Shown here piece by piece: positions 49,616-63,383 of a stretch of 64,000 nt of DNA; within the stretch, counting starts at the first letter, position 1, and every line of letters starts with the position of its first letter. A program made the translations under genes and the position numbers. The notes beneath the pieces were generated by a model, which saw only the letters and a list, made by a program, of their open reading frames with translations, made no database searches and was not told the DNA's origin. Source of the stretch: Macrostomum lignano (Eukaryota); the NCBI GenBank assembly GCA_002269645.1, contig NIVC01000957.1, positions 124,001 to 188,000 on the forward strand, in the 5' to 3' direction.

Positions 49616-50148
49616 GGGGTTGTAACCCAGTGGTCAGAGCGTCGCACTCGCGACTGAAAGGTCTAGGGTTCGATTCTCGATCCACTCGGAACAATTGTGA
49701 CAGTGTCACAAGGCTTGAGCGCAGAGAAGGACCGAGCCGCAGACAGGATCTCTGGGGCTCCGGCGTTAGCCAGCAGACAGTCGACGAAAAACTCCAGTAC
49801 GTGCCTGTCCTTGCCGGTTGGATGTCCACAACGTCTGCCGCGGCATCTCCTGCGCCAGCTTTGAAGTGGCTTGCTAGATGGAGTCGCGGACGGGAAAGAG
49901 AGCTGCTCTAAAACAACCAGCTTCGATTCTGTGCAGGGCTTCAATACTTGTCGTGCGATTCACGTCCATGAAGGCCAGCTTCGATTCTGTGCAGGGCTTT
50001 ACTTGTCGTGCGATTCACGTCCATGAAGGCCAGCTTCGATTCTGTGCAGGGCTTTACTTGTCGTGCGATTCACGTCCATGAAGGCCAGCTTCGATTCTGT
50101 GCAGGGCTTTACGTGTACTTGTCGTGCGATTCACGTCCATGAAGGCCA
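49616..50148 (+). mobile_element. tRNA(Ala)-derived SINE-like element with a tandemly repeated ~55-bp 3' segment
   Basis: Head GGGGTTGTAACCCAGTGGTCAGAGCG..CTCGCGA..GGTTCGATTCT (A and B boxes, stems do not pair fully). ~4 copies of ccagcttcgattctgtgcagggc..catgaagg at 49917-50148. Confidence 0.6.
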
Positions 50149-51027
50149 GCCCCCAAAGTATTTGCGAATATGCTTGACGATGAGAGAAATTCTGGGCCGC
50201 CGTACACCCTCCTTGAGTGCGTGGCTGCGAGTCCGCTGTCGCTTTGACTCGCAGCGCCACAGCCCCCCCCCCCCAATTCGAGTCCGTCCGGTTGGGGTTC
50301 GGGTGAATTCAGTGAAAGAGTTTCGGACAATGGTGAAAATTCAGAGGCAGCTGTCGCCATTCAAAGTAGTGCTTTCAGGAGAGAACAATGGTAGCCGAGG
50401 CAAGGAAGTTGCTTTGTAATTCCTGATCTGCTAAAGCTAGGAAGTTTAAATCGTAAAAAAATTCCCCACCGCATCATTGATCCGTTCTGGGTAGCAGTGG
50501 CTCCGGGAGCATCCTTTAGCTCGCTTCATTCGATCCTCCCCAGCTCTTCCGTCCAGGTAAAAGCGGAGATTGGGAGTTTATTGTGCTTAAAATACACCTT
50601 AGTTTTGTGTTTTTTTAAATCCCTAGCGATGGGGGTTGACTGCAAGTCATAAAGTTTATTAACCATATGCTGGATTGCAATCATGCGATCGGGGGCTATT
50701 CATCCAGTATCATTCAATGTGACAAACAATGTCGTAAAAGAGACAAAAAACACTGGAGTAGAACAACGCAAACCGTTTGAATTTTACTGTATTAGGGTTC
50801 GGTTTTAGTCACAAAAAGAGCTCGCACGTCCTCTGTTGGAGGCTGTTTCACAAGATTCACGGAATTCACGAGGACCCCTGGCGCTTTTGAAGTTATGATT
50901 TAAAACCCTAAAATTTATGGCCATTTATCAGTTTTTTCAACTTTCTATTTGCTGAAAGTCAAAATTGATTTATTAAGTGCTTCATTGATCGTTCATTAAA
51001 AAAATTACACAGTTGAACTGACACCTC

Positions 51028-51197
51028 TGGTGCTGGCGCCCCTATTGCTGGCGCCTCTTAGTTCTGGCGCCAATGGTGCTGGCGTCAATGGTGCTGGCGC
51101 CTTTTCGTGCTGGTGCCCCTGGTGTTGGCGCCCCTGGTGCTTAAGCCCCTGGTGCTAAAACCCCTGGTGCTAAAGCCCTGATGCTAAAGCCCCAGGT
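51028..51197. repeat. 14-15-bp degenerate repeat (cccctggtgctggcg)
   Basis: ~11 units. Confidence 0.85.
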
Positions 51198-51349
51198 AAA
51201 AAAATACTTTTTAGAACTAATCAATATATTCCTAAAAAATCGATGCATACATGTACATGTGTTAGATGAAATATATCATACCTTTATTTGAAAATGATTC
51301 ACCAAAACCGTGAATAAAGCTTTTTAGTTTTAGTTAAAAACTAGCAATC

Positions 51350-52760
51350 TACGCCCCCCGTTGGGGAGCCAAAGAAATGCAATACACGTTTTTTAATAAG
51401 CTACATGTAGCCTTGAAATCTTAAAAAATCTCCTGTCAAACTTCTAACCCTTAACCCTAACCATAAACCTAAATTTAATATTTTGTCCATGAGTTTTGCA
51501 TGACCCTTCTATAATAAACATTTTTAATAAGCTACATGAGCTAAGTTATAAGCTACCTTAACCCTAACCCTAACCCGAATCTTAACGCAATAACCCTGAA
51601 CCTAACCCTAAACCTAAACCCTGATACCAACCCTAACACTAACCCTACAGCCTGACATCTGCATAAGTTTGTGAAGCGCTAGTAGTATTTTTTAGCTTAG
51701 TATCTTTGCGTTGGGGAGCCAAAAATGCAGTACAAGTTTTGTAATAAACTACATGTAGCATCTCTTTGCAATATACCTCAGCAGTCCCTTGTAAGCCTTG
51801 ACATGTCAGTAATTCCCCCCCACAAGCTTTAACATATCAACTTCCCCCTTGACATCTTAGCGATGCCCCCAATAAGCCTTGAAATAAAAAAAATCTGTCA
51901 ACCTTCAAACCCTAACCCTAGCCTAACCCTAACCCTAACCCTAACCCTAACCCTAACGTAACCCTAAAGCATTGAAATTTCAGTAATTCTCTCTAAGAGT
52001 CATTATAGCACTACTACAGCATTATAGCGATTCCCTACAAGCCTCGACATCTTAGGGATTCCCAAATGAATCTCTTAACTTCGACATGAGGCTTCTTTTA
52101 TTTTTTACATTACGCTTTTTTTATCAGCGATCCCTCCCCTGAGGAGCCAACAAAAAATGTAATAAAAAGTTTTCAATAAACTACATTTAGCTTCTGACTT
52201 TAGCCTTGAAATCTCAGCTATTCCCTTCCGTAAGCCTTGACATCTCAGCCATCCCCCCGTAAGCCTTGACATGTCAGCGATGCCCCCCATAAACCTTGAA
52301 ATCTGAAAAATCCCCTGTTCACCTTGAAACCCGATAAAATATAACCCACAACCCACACCTGACCTAAACCTAACTTTAACCCAACCTAAAGCCTTGAAAT
52401 CTCAGCAATTCTTCTCCCCCCTAAGCCTTGGCATTTTAGTGATTCCTTCTTTAAGAATCACAGCACTATAATGATTCCCTCCAATATTTGACATCGTAGC
52501 AATTCCCAAATGAATCTTTTAACTTCGACATGACTTTTCTTTATGTATACATAGTGCTACTTTTATTTTTTACATGACTCTTCTTCTATCAGCGCCCCCC
52601 CCCCGTGGCGAGCCAACAAAGAATAAATAAAAAAATTGAGTAAAGTACATGAACTTTGAAGTAGCTTCTGACTTTCGCTTTGACATCTCAGAACCCCCCC
52701 CCCTAATCTCAGTTATTCTCCGTGAGCCTTGACATCTCAGTAATTCTCCCCAGCACAGCA
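51350..52760. repeat. Diverged ~400-bp tandem units containing interstitial telomere-like (CCCTAA)n tracts
   Basis: ggggagccaa..ctacatgtagc..ccttgaaatct recurs near 51360, 51710, 52140 and 52610. (CCCTAA)n at 51557-51650 and 51908-51967. Confidence 0.75.
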
Positions 52761-53034
52761 CTATAGCTTCATTTAATTTTTACATGACACTTCTTTCATG
52801 TCTGACATGACACTTCTTTTGACTTTTACATGACACTTCTTTTGAATTTTACATGACACTTCCATTAGTTTTTATATGAGGCTACTACTAGCAATCTTCG
52901 CCCCCCCCCCCCGATGGGGGGCATCTAGATAGAATCTCTGGCTCTCTACAAGTATCAAAAAGACGGCCAAAAAAGTCTTCACATAGACAATAGAAAAACT
53001 GCTCAAATGAAGTGCAATGCAAAAAGAAAACATC

Positions 53035-56000
53035 CTAGGACAGCAAGCAACCCCCCAGATAGCAAGCACCCCCAGATAGCAAGCACCCCCAGATAGCAAG
53101 CATCTCCAGATAGCAAGCACCCCCAGATAGCAAGCACCCCCAGATAGCAAGCACCCCCAGATAGCAAGCACCCCCAGATAGCAAGCATCTCCAGATAGCA
53201 AGCACCCCCAGATAGCAAGCACCCCCAGATAGCAAGCACCCCCAGATAGCAAGCACCCCCAGATAGCAAGCATCTCCAGATAGCAAGCACCCCCAGATAG
53301 CAGGCAACCCAGATAGCAAGCATCCACCTTATAGCAAGCACCCTTCTTGACTTACTTGACTTAGCTGCAGGGCTGTCCCGGAGGGGACACAGCGGGAAGG
53401 CGCGGGCGCCCATTCCGCTAGTCCCTGAACGGCCGACGCGTCGCTATGGACGGAGGGTTGGCGCCGCCCAGGGAGGTCCCCCAGTGTCGCCAGCAGCTAT
53501 GGTGCTCTCTGGAAAGGAGAGTTCAGCCCTGCGGGTGGCCCGAAGGTAGCGCATGAGCTGATTAAAGTTTTCGGGTTTGCACGCTTCAGTAATAGATGTG
53601 TGTGGCCCGAGGTAAGTGAGTCTGGCCCGCGTGAAGGCGGGACAGATGCTGACGAAATGCTCAGCGGTTTCGTCACCTGAGTTGCAGAAACTACAGGTGG
53701 CGTTGGTGGCGTTGCCCTGCAGGTACTGGTGCCTGGAGAAGCAGCCGTGACCAGAAAGGGTCATGGTGGCAGCCCGGATGTCTCTGCGCGAGAGGCGCAA
53801 GAGGAGCTTCCGGAGCTGGTGAGAGGGCTGAGGGACAGCGCCTCTGGATTGCCTGCAGTTCGTGCGGTTCGCCCAAGTCGAGCGGTGCTGAGTCCTGATC
53901 CACGCTTTGATGCGCGAGTCGATGACACAGCCAGGAATCGGGACAAGAGGTTCGGGGCCGAGAGAGGAGCCGGAGGCACCAACTTTTGCAAGGGTGTCAG
54001 CCAACTCATTTCCTCGGATCCCCACATGCCCCGGAACCCACTTAAGGGTAATTTTGTTGGCGGAACCCAACACATTGAGGAGTTCGATACAGTCAAGGAC
54101 TGTAGCAGAGTTGGTGCTGCAGCCACTGATGGCGTGCAAGGCAGCTTGGCTGTCCGAATGGAAAATGATGTTCTTACCAGTAACGCCAGTGGCGAGAAGC
54201 TCTGCAGTGCAGGAGCTGATGGCCAGAACTTCATTTTGGAAAACACTGGAGTTGACCCCAGTGTATTGAGCGTGGGTAGCGATGACCCTCCCGTTCAGAA
54301 AGATTCCAACACCAAAGCCGGTGTTGGCTGACTGCTTAGAACCGTCGGTGTAGCAATGAAGCTCACCAGGGTTCCAATGGTCATTGATGTTATCGCGCGA
54401 GTCGATAGCTACGGAGTAGCGCTGTCTCAGGTTGAGCGTTGAGGCAATGCCATCGGTGAAGACGCGATTGGCCTGACACTCGTTGAGAAAGTTGAGGCAC
54501 AGATCGCTATGCGGGACAAGGTTCCGCTTAGCAGGTGCTCTCATGTAAATGAATTTGACGCCGGCATCAATTAGACGCCGCGTCGTTCTAGCCGCCTCAC
54601 CCCTGATGAAGAGGTCAAGAGGCGGAAGATTAAGGAAGGCCCCCATGCCAGCAAAGGGCGTGGACCTGGTGGCGTTGCAGATGAGCCTACACGCTCTGCC
54701 TTGGATCGTGTTGAGCAGGTCTGCATGGCTTTTGACCTGGGTAGCGCTAACCCAGACAACAGAGGCGTACGTAATGGCAGGTCTAACTACGGAAGTATAG
54801 ATCCACCAAAGCCGCTTTGGGGATAGACCCCAAGAAGTGCCAAGTGCTCGTCGGAGCTGGGCCAGGATGGCTGAGGCACGCTTGGCTTTTGCTTTCTCGT
54901 GGGAGGACCAGTTGAGCCGGTGGTCAAGTATGACCCCGAGACATCTGGTCTGGTGCGCGAAGGCAATATCTCTGCCGTAGAGCTGCAGAGGACGTATGTT
55001 CCAGCGTAGTCTGCTGGTAAACATAATGGCAACGGTTTTGGGCTCAGAGAGTTCCAGACCATTGTCATTGGCCCAGGATTCTGCTTTGCGGATAAAGCTC
55101 TGCATCAGATCCCTGAGCGTGCTGGGAGACGGTCCTGCCACAATGGCCGTGACGTCATCAGCATACCCGACTTTGAAGACGGGGTCGGGTCGGGAGTCAC
55201 TCAAAAGAGCGTCCAAGACCAGGTTCCAGAGCGTCGGGGTGAGGACTCCGCCTTGGGGTCCACCCTTACAGACTCTGGTGGAGGCAGTTTGCCCAAGAAG
55301 TTGGGCAGTGACCGTACGGTTGGAGATCATGTACATGATCCACCGTATGAGGGTAGCATGAGCTTTGCGATTTTGAAGGGCCCTCTGAAACGCTTCAAAG
55401 ATAACGTCGAAGGCGCCAACAATGTCAAGAAAGAGAGCCAGAGCGTAACCGTCACCCAGTACCGCCCTTTCAATCTTCTCGACAATCGCATGCAGGGCGC
55501 TATCAGTCGACCTCCCGGTACGGAAGGCGTGCTGATTATTGCTGAGGGGCATCGCTGTCAGCTCGCAGGACAGCAGCCGCCAGAGAATAAGCCTCTCAGT
55601 GAGCTTAAGCACCCTTAGAAAGCAAGCACCCCCAGTTAGCAAGCACCCTTAGATAGCAAGCACCCCCAGATAGCAAGCACCCTCAGATAGCAGGCACCCC
55701 AGATAGCAAGCATCCACCTAATAGCAAGCACTCCAAGATAGCAGGCACCCCAGATAGCAAGCATCCACCTAATAGCAAGCACCCCCAGATAGCTAGAACC
55801 CCCAAGATAGCAAGCATCCCCCCCCCCAGATAGCAAGCACCCCCAGATAGCACGCATCTCCAGATAGCAAGCACTCCAAGATAGCAGGCACCCCAGATAG
55901 CAAGCATCCACCTAATAGCAAGCACCCTTAGATAGCAAGCACCCCCAGATAGCAAGCACCCCCAGATAGCAAGCACCCCCAGATAGCAAACACCCCCAGA

Positions 56001-56045
56001 TAGCACGCATCTCCAGATAGCAAGCACTCCAAGATAGTAGGCACC
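53035..56045. repeat. 17-bp satellite (agatagcaagcaccccc) split by a LINE insertion
   Basis: Arrays at 53035-53345 and 55607-56045. Confidence 0.9.
53346..55606 (-). mobile_element. 5'-truncated LINE with RT + RNase H + CCHC (I/R1/Loa-type organisation), reading frame intact
   Basis: ORF 53444-55642: QHAFRTGRST, FLDIVGAFD, GGPQGGVLTPTLWN, GYADD, YTDGSK, SVFQNE, HSDSQAAL, WVPGHVGIRGNELAD, CSFC..ETAEHFVSICPAF. Tail TAAGTCAAG x2. TSD AAGCACCCTT at 53336-53345 and 55607-55616. Confidence 0.92.
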
Positions 56046-56049
56046 CCAT

Positions 56050-56430
56050 TTATGTTTGACATGGTAGCTGTTTTGTGTTTGACATTGTGGCTTTTTAATG
56101 TTTGACCTGGTGGCACTTTAATGTATGCAATGATGGCTCTTTAATGTCTGACATGGAGTCACTTATACGCTTGACATGGTGGCTCTTTAATATTTGACAT
56201 GGTGGCACTTTAATGTCTGAAATGAAGTCATGTATGTACGCTTGACATGGTGACTCGTTGATGTTTGACATAGTGGCTCTTTTATGTTCGACATGGTGGC
56301 TCTTTAATGTTAGACATGGAGTCATATATGTTTGACATGGTGGCCTTTAATGTTTGACATGGTGGCTCTTTAATGTTTGACATGGTGGCCTTTAATGTTT
56401 GAAATGGTGCCACTTTTGTTTGACATTGTG
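56050..56430. repeat. ~23-bp degenerate minisatellite (tgtttgacatggtggctctttaa)
   Basis: ~16 units. A related array lies at 57040-57180. Confidence 0.85.
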
Positions 56431-56459
56431 CCTCTTTTATGTTTAGCATTTTGTTTTTA

Positions 56460-57775
56460 AGATGTTTTAATAAAAAAATTATTTTGCACTACTAAGATTC
56501 GAACCCACGTCGCTGAATTAGCAGTCCAGTCTGTTCGCATCAGGGCTATCTCTTGTCGATTGGAGAACATGAATTGTGGCCCTTATAAATCAATTCTTAT
56601 AGCAAATCGGTTAGAGTAAAAAGTTATGACATAATCAATTTCTCAGTCAGCCAGTATCAGTCTCAATTTAAGTTAGAAATATGGTTACGCAATTTAAATC
56701 AAGTCGTGTGTGCATTTCTTTGGCACTGTTTTCAACTTGCTGTGATGCAATCTTTATCAGAATTGAAATTCAGTCAGTCAGGTTTTTCTCTAGCATTCTT
56801 ACAATGCATTTCAGGTCGAAAGAGCTGCTTGACCTTCGCAGAAAATCATGTTTTTCGAATATTTAATCCCTTTAATATTGATCAATTTCTTAGCCAAGAT
56901 GCATTCAACATCCCAGGAAAATTTCTGATCGAATGGTGCAAGTTTGAAGAGAATCAGTTGAGCCATTCTCGAAAAAATCAATTACACGCACGCACGAATA
57001 CAGCGCAAAATTAGTATATAGATGATTTTTTGATGACGCTTCTATGACATTTGACATGACGCTTCTATGATTGTTAAAATGACGCTTCTATGATTGTTTA
57101 CATGACGCTTCTATGATTGTTTATATGACGTTTCTATGATTTTTAAATGACGCTTCAATGATTGTTTACATGACACCTTTAGTTCTTTATAAATTCTTTA
57201 ATAAAAGCTTTCAATAAAATAAAAAGTTTCCACTACTAAGATTCGAACCCAGGTCGCTGCATTAGCAGTCCAGTCTGTTCACATCTAGGCTAGCTCTTAT
57301 CGAATTTGAAATGAAACTTCAGCACTTTATAATTCAACACTCACTCACGAAGCAGTTATGACATTATCAATTTCTAAGGCAAGTCAGTATCAGTCTCAAT
57401 TAAAGTTGACAATATGGTTACGCAATCTAAATCAAGTCTAGTGCTATATGCTTCCACACTACGTTTTCAACACTGTGACGCAATTGAATTCAGTGTCAAA
57501 ATTCAGCCAGTTCACTGACAATAAATACAAAGCCTATGTGATGCAATCTATTTCAGAATCAGAATTCAAACAGTCAGTTTTTTCTCTAGCATTCTTACAA
57601 TGCATTTCAAGTCGAAAAGTTTGCTTGACCTTTGCAAAAAAGCATGTTTTTCGAATATTTAATGCCTTTAGCATCGAGAAATTTCTTAGCCACGATGCAT
57701 GTACCGTCACGGAAAAATTTCTGATCGAATGGTGCAAGTTTGAACAAAATCGGCTGAGCCATTTTTGAGCCATAT
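56460..57775 (-). repeat. Diverged ~750-bp tandem duplication, each unit with a tRNA(Ser-GCT)-like segment
   Basis: GGACTGCTAAT..GGGTTCGAATC on the minus strand at 56490-56552 and 57234-57297. Paired AT-rich segments at 56630-56975 and 57355-57770. Confidence 0.7.
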
Positions 57776-58142
57776 AGGATGCTTCAACATGTAAATCGAG
57801 GGTAATTTTCTTGACCTAGCTTTTAAAGCTTTTAACTCCTTCAATGCGGCACTAAAAGCTTGAAAATTTTCCAAAGCCATCAAATTCATTTAAGATTTCA
57901 TAAATCCCTTCCAATAAAGTAATTGCATGGGTCGCAGTCGCGTGGGGGAATTTATTTGCTCGCTTTTAGCGCGTACGATGCGGCGTAAAAGTGCGTGGTG
58001 GAAACCAGGTTGAGTTGGACTGTTGAACTATTTTCAAACGGTATGTCAGCTGTTTCAAGAAGTTAGGCTTGGTTCCGAATATCAGGTTGAATATCACTTG
58101 GCTCGTACTTTCTGCTTCCGCTTGCTTTACTGATTGTCAGGC

Positions 58143-58914
58143 TCACGGCTTCAGCCAGACCCACTGGGCCTCGCTGACGATGTCGCTGGGCACGGCAGCG
58201 AATCTCATGAGGCGGCACATCCGGCTGGACTGTACGAAGGCGCAGGCGAGGCAGTCCGGGTTGCGGTGGCAGACAGCCGCGCACTCGATGACGCTTCCAG
58301 CCGTAACACTGCGGTAAACGATGGAGCTGGCGGAGGCTGCGATGCTCGGCATGGAGGCAACGGGAACTTTCGTTAGTTTCGGTCCAACTGTAAATTAGGA
58401 AGAAGTTTAAAAAGTTGTATAAATCGTTAGGATAAAAACTGGTTTAACTTATTGAGAGAATCACGAAATTCTTGACGCAGAACCCACTGGGTGGGTACAG
58501 AGACTCATAGATGGAGTTCCTCGAGTCGCCGCCGCACTCCTGAGACGTGTTCCCTGTGCAAGGGTAGTTGCAGTCGGCGGTAGGAGCGACGCCTTTCGAG
58601 CCGTAGGTCGAGCCGCAGCAGCAGTACACCCGGCTCTGGGTACCGAAGTAGCGAAAGCGGCCGTAGGAGCAGATTTCTCTGCACATCTCCAGCGTCAGAG
58701 ATGCTTCTCGGACAAAGACCGGGTTGCCTGGGTCATATGAATAGGGTCCCAGAGTAGTGACCCCTTCCAGACCGACCAGGTCCCTGTCACCGTTGCCTCC
58801 GTCAACGTAGCAACCAAGGTACTGATGGCCCAGCGGCTGCGGAGGCAGCAGCACCGCTGAGCAGATGTAGCCCTGCACCAGCAGCTGCAGGAGGGCCTGA
58901 GCGGAAATGAACAT
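58143..58914 (-). CDS. Secreted WSC + PAN/apple protein, paralog 2 (223 aa), exons 58488-58914 and 58143-58387
   Basis: Same structure and exon lengths (427 + 245 nt) as 45985-46756. Confidence 0.85.
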
Positions 58915-59416
58915 TTGACACAGTTGATGGCCAATCAGTCAGGTAATTTCTTGTTACCTGCTTCGCCTTTTATCTCAGTCTAAATCGCCCACCTCACTTG
59001 TATTATTGGCCTTGTCAGATGTTGGCAACAGGTGCAAATTTTGCCAAGAGTTATTTGTTGAGAGATGTAGTGAGAGGCACGCCATGGTGCTGTGAACTCC
59101 GCAGGAACATTGATAGAACTACCATTGATGAGTGTTACACCTGAGGACAGATCGATCAATACAGGTGTTCCTTCCAGGTCAGCTGGTTTTCTCACATTGA
59201 GTCGAATCCAGCGTCAGAGCTGCATCTCTTTCCTTAAGGAGCGCTTATTCAGCCTTGAAAAGCAACTGTCGCTCACTGAAGTGTCTCCAAAAGCAAAATT
59301 TCGTTATACCAATGCTGAGTATTTTGCTGAGTAAACGGTGGGTAGCGGCTGGTTGAAATACGAGCGTTGCATGAGATTTTCTACTTCGCATTGTAACAAT
59401 GATGGGAGCTCTGGTG

Positions 59417-60332
<916 letters not shown>

Positions 60333-60344
60333 GTTGTTTCTCAT

Positions 60345-61184
<840 letters not shown>

Positions 61185-61588
61185 TGAGTATTATTGCAGT
61201 GGCTGAAAAACCCAAATGAAATGCAGATAAAACTATTAGGGCAGTGGGCTCAATCATTTGAAATTTCTGCCCCCTCCCCTCAGAGGACGCAGCTCCCATT
61301 GAAGTGAGGCTGGGCTCGCATGTGGGGCCGGCATGCAGTTTTCAGCGGCAGCAGCGGGAAGCCAGCACGTCCAACTTATTATGGGTGTTGAGGCTCAGCG
61401 CTGGGGCTGCGTGGAAATTAAAATTCAGGTTGCCTGGCTAACTGGCATACTCCCACTAGGCAGAGGGGATGTGGGCAGAAGCCACCCAGCCACCCAGCAT
61501 TCATAACTGCGAAGCAAAAGTCATATAGCAGCTGGTGGACTGTTCCAATTGGAGCAACCTGCAAAATAGGCTGAATATTTATAAAATT

Positions 61589-62725
61589 ATGGGAGCCAAA
61601 ACGACAGATTTCGCGGTTCTGCTTTTTTTGTTGAAGTTTTTGGCCGGCGCAGATGCAGAGCCGCTCGAAATGCTGCACGAAGTTCACAGCAGCAGCTGGG
61701 CTGGCGATCGGGTTCACCAGTTCCACATTTCCGGCACTGCACAGGCCGGCGGCGAGCTGCAGTGCGCGGTGCTGGCCACCAAGAGGCTGCACCCTGACCA
61801 GTTTCTGGTCTTCATCAAAGCTCATGGTGCGAAGCGGTCGCAGTGCATTCTGGGTGAGTTCAACCACTGATGCATGCACTGGCTGCTCGGGATTTCATTC
61901 CAACCCCCATCGCAATCTTCATCCCCATCTCGCATCGCTGCACTTCAGCCAGCCGGAGTGTCGCTGCCTGATGCCGCCGACTGAGGCGTCTCCGTGCTGC
62001 ACCAGGGTGATTGACCACTGCAGTTCTCTGTGTAACATTTGTCCGTGTGCTGTGAGATGGCCAGCTGCTAACTGCGACCCCCACCCGATCTTGCAGGTGT
62101 TTGTGACGTCGCTCAGCGGCTGCCTCATCAGCGTTCAGCCCCGAGTCGACGACTCGACCAGCTTCAATCGCAGCTGGGCCGAATACTTTGGTCCGGGGCT
62201 GCACAGCAACCAATGGATCGGTGAGGCAGCAGATTTTCGCATGCAGGCGACTCTGTCTGAACTGTAAGTGACAGAGTTGCGCTTGCTCAATTGAAAAATC
62301 TGAGAAGCCTCAACTCCCTCACGTGGCCTTCTGGTCGGCAGCTGCGCATTCGGATGAGGCTGTGGAACGACATGGAGTACTGGGCGAACTACAGCTCCTT
62401 CTCTGTGGACAGCGAGGACAACAAGTTTCAAGTCAGCATCAGCGGCTTCAGCGGCAGTTCAGGACTCGGAGACTGTATGGGGCACTGCAATGGCATGAAG
62501 TTTAGCACCTTTGATTCGGACAACGACATTTCTTCAGAGAGCTGCAGTGCCAAGTACAAGGGAGGCTGGTGGTACGGTGCGTGCCACTGCACCAACCCGA
62601 ACGGACTGTACTTTTATCCGCCCACTGCTCTCAATACGACTCCTGTCTATGCCCAGAGCATCTGCTGGAGAAATCCGTTTGGTTACTACTATTCGATGAA
62701 TGAGTTCGAGATGCTGGTCCTTTGA
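61589..62725 (+). pseudogene. Fibrinogen-related (FReD) secreted protein gene with lesions
   Basis: Leader MGAKTTDFAVLLFLLKFLAGADA, exon 1 to donor at 61853. FReD motifs VQPRVDDSTSFNRSWAEY, NQWIG, NGMKFSTFDSDND, CSAKYKGGWWYGACHCTNPNG. Apparent TGA at 61982 and no usable acceptor near 62290. Confidence 0.65.
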
Positions 62726-63383
62726 GAACGGAAATTTTTTGAGCATAGACTAAAAACCAAACGGCCGAAGCCTGCCTTTCCTGACTTGCGTTTCAATAAG
62801 CTACAGAAACGTCAAATGCAAACCCGAGTTCGAAGTGAACTATTAAATATACTCTAGTTTTGACGCGTAATTCGTGAAAAATTACTTATAAATTTTAAGT
62901 GAGGATATTTGATTTGAAGCTATTTTACTTCTCTAATGGTGGAATCAGCATACTCTGAGTTGCATCTTAAACTTCAATAAGATTATATTACTTCCTCTTT
63001 TACTACGAGCTACCAAGACGTTTTCAACCATCTGAAATTCGCCGTGACAAAATGACAAGAAGGGTTCAGGGGTCATTCCTTCATTTAAAGTGACGGCTCA
63101 TGGAATCGAACCCATAGGCATCGAGCATGTACAGTGAATTTCGACTGCATCGGTTGCTGTGCTTGTTGTGCCTCATGACCACGGCATTTCCTAGCCTGTC
63201 ATTGCTAAGAAAAAATTGTTACAGAGTACTCGTAAACATAATCCATTAGGATAATTTGAAATGCTGAAACACGATAAGAATAATCGATTATAGATAATCG
63301 ATATAAGGGCAATCTGATTGGGTCTGCCAGTCGACATTAAAAATCGATATAAGTCAGCAGACTGCCGATAGCAACCGAGCCGG

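Noticed and set aside
49616-49688. Functional tRNA-Ala gene (also tRNA-Ser at 56490-56552 and 57234-57297)
   Set aside because: Acceptor and anticodon stems do not pair properly. Treated as tRNA-derived repeat heads.
51908-51967. True telomere or chromosome end
   Set aside because: Short, degenerate and embedded in larger repeat units, with ordinary sequence on both sides
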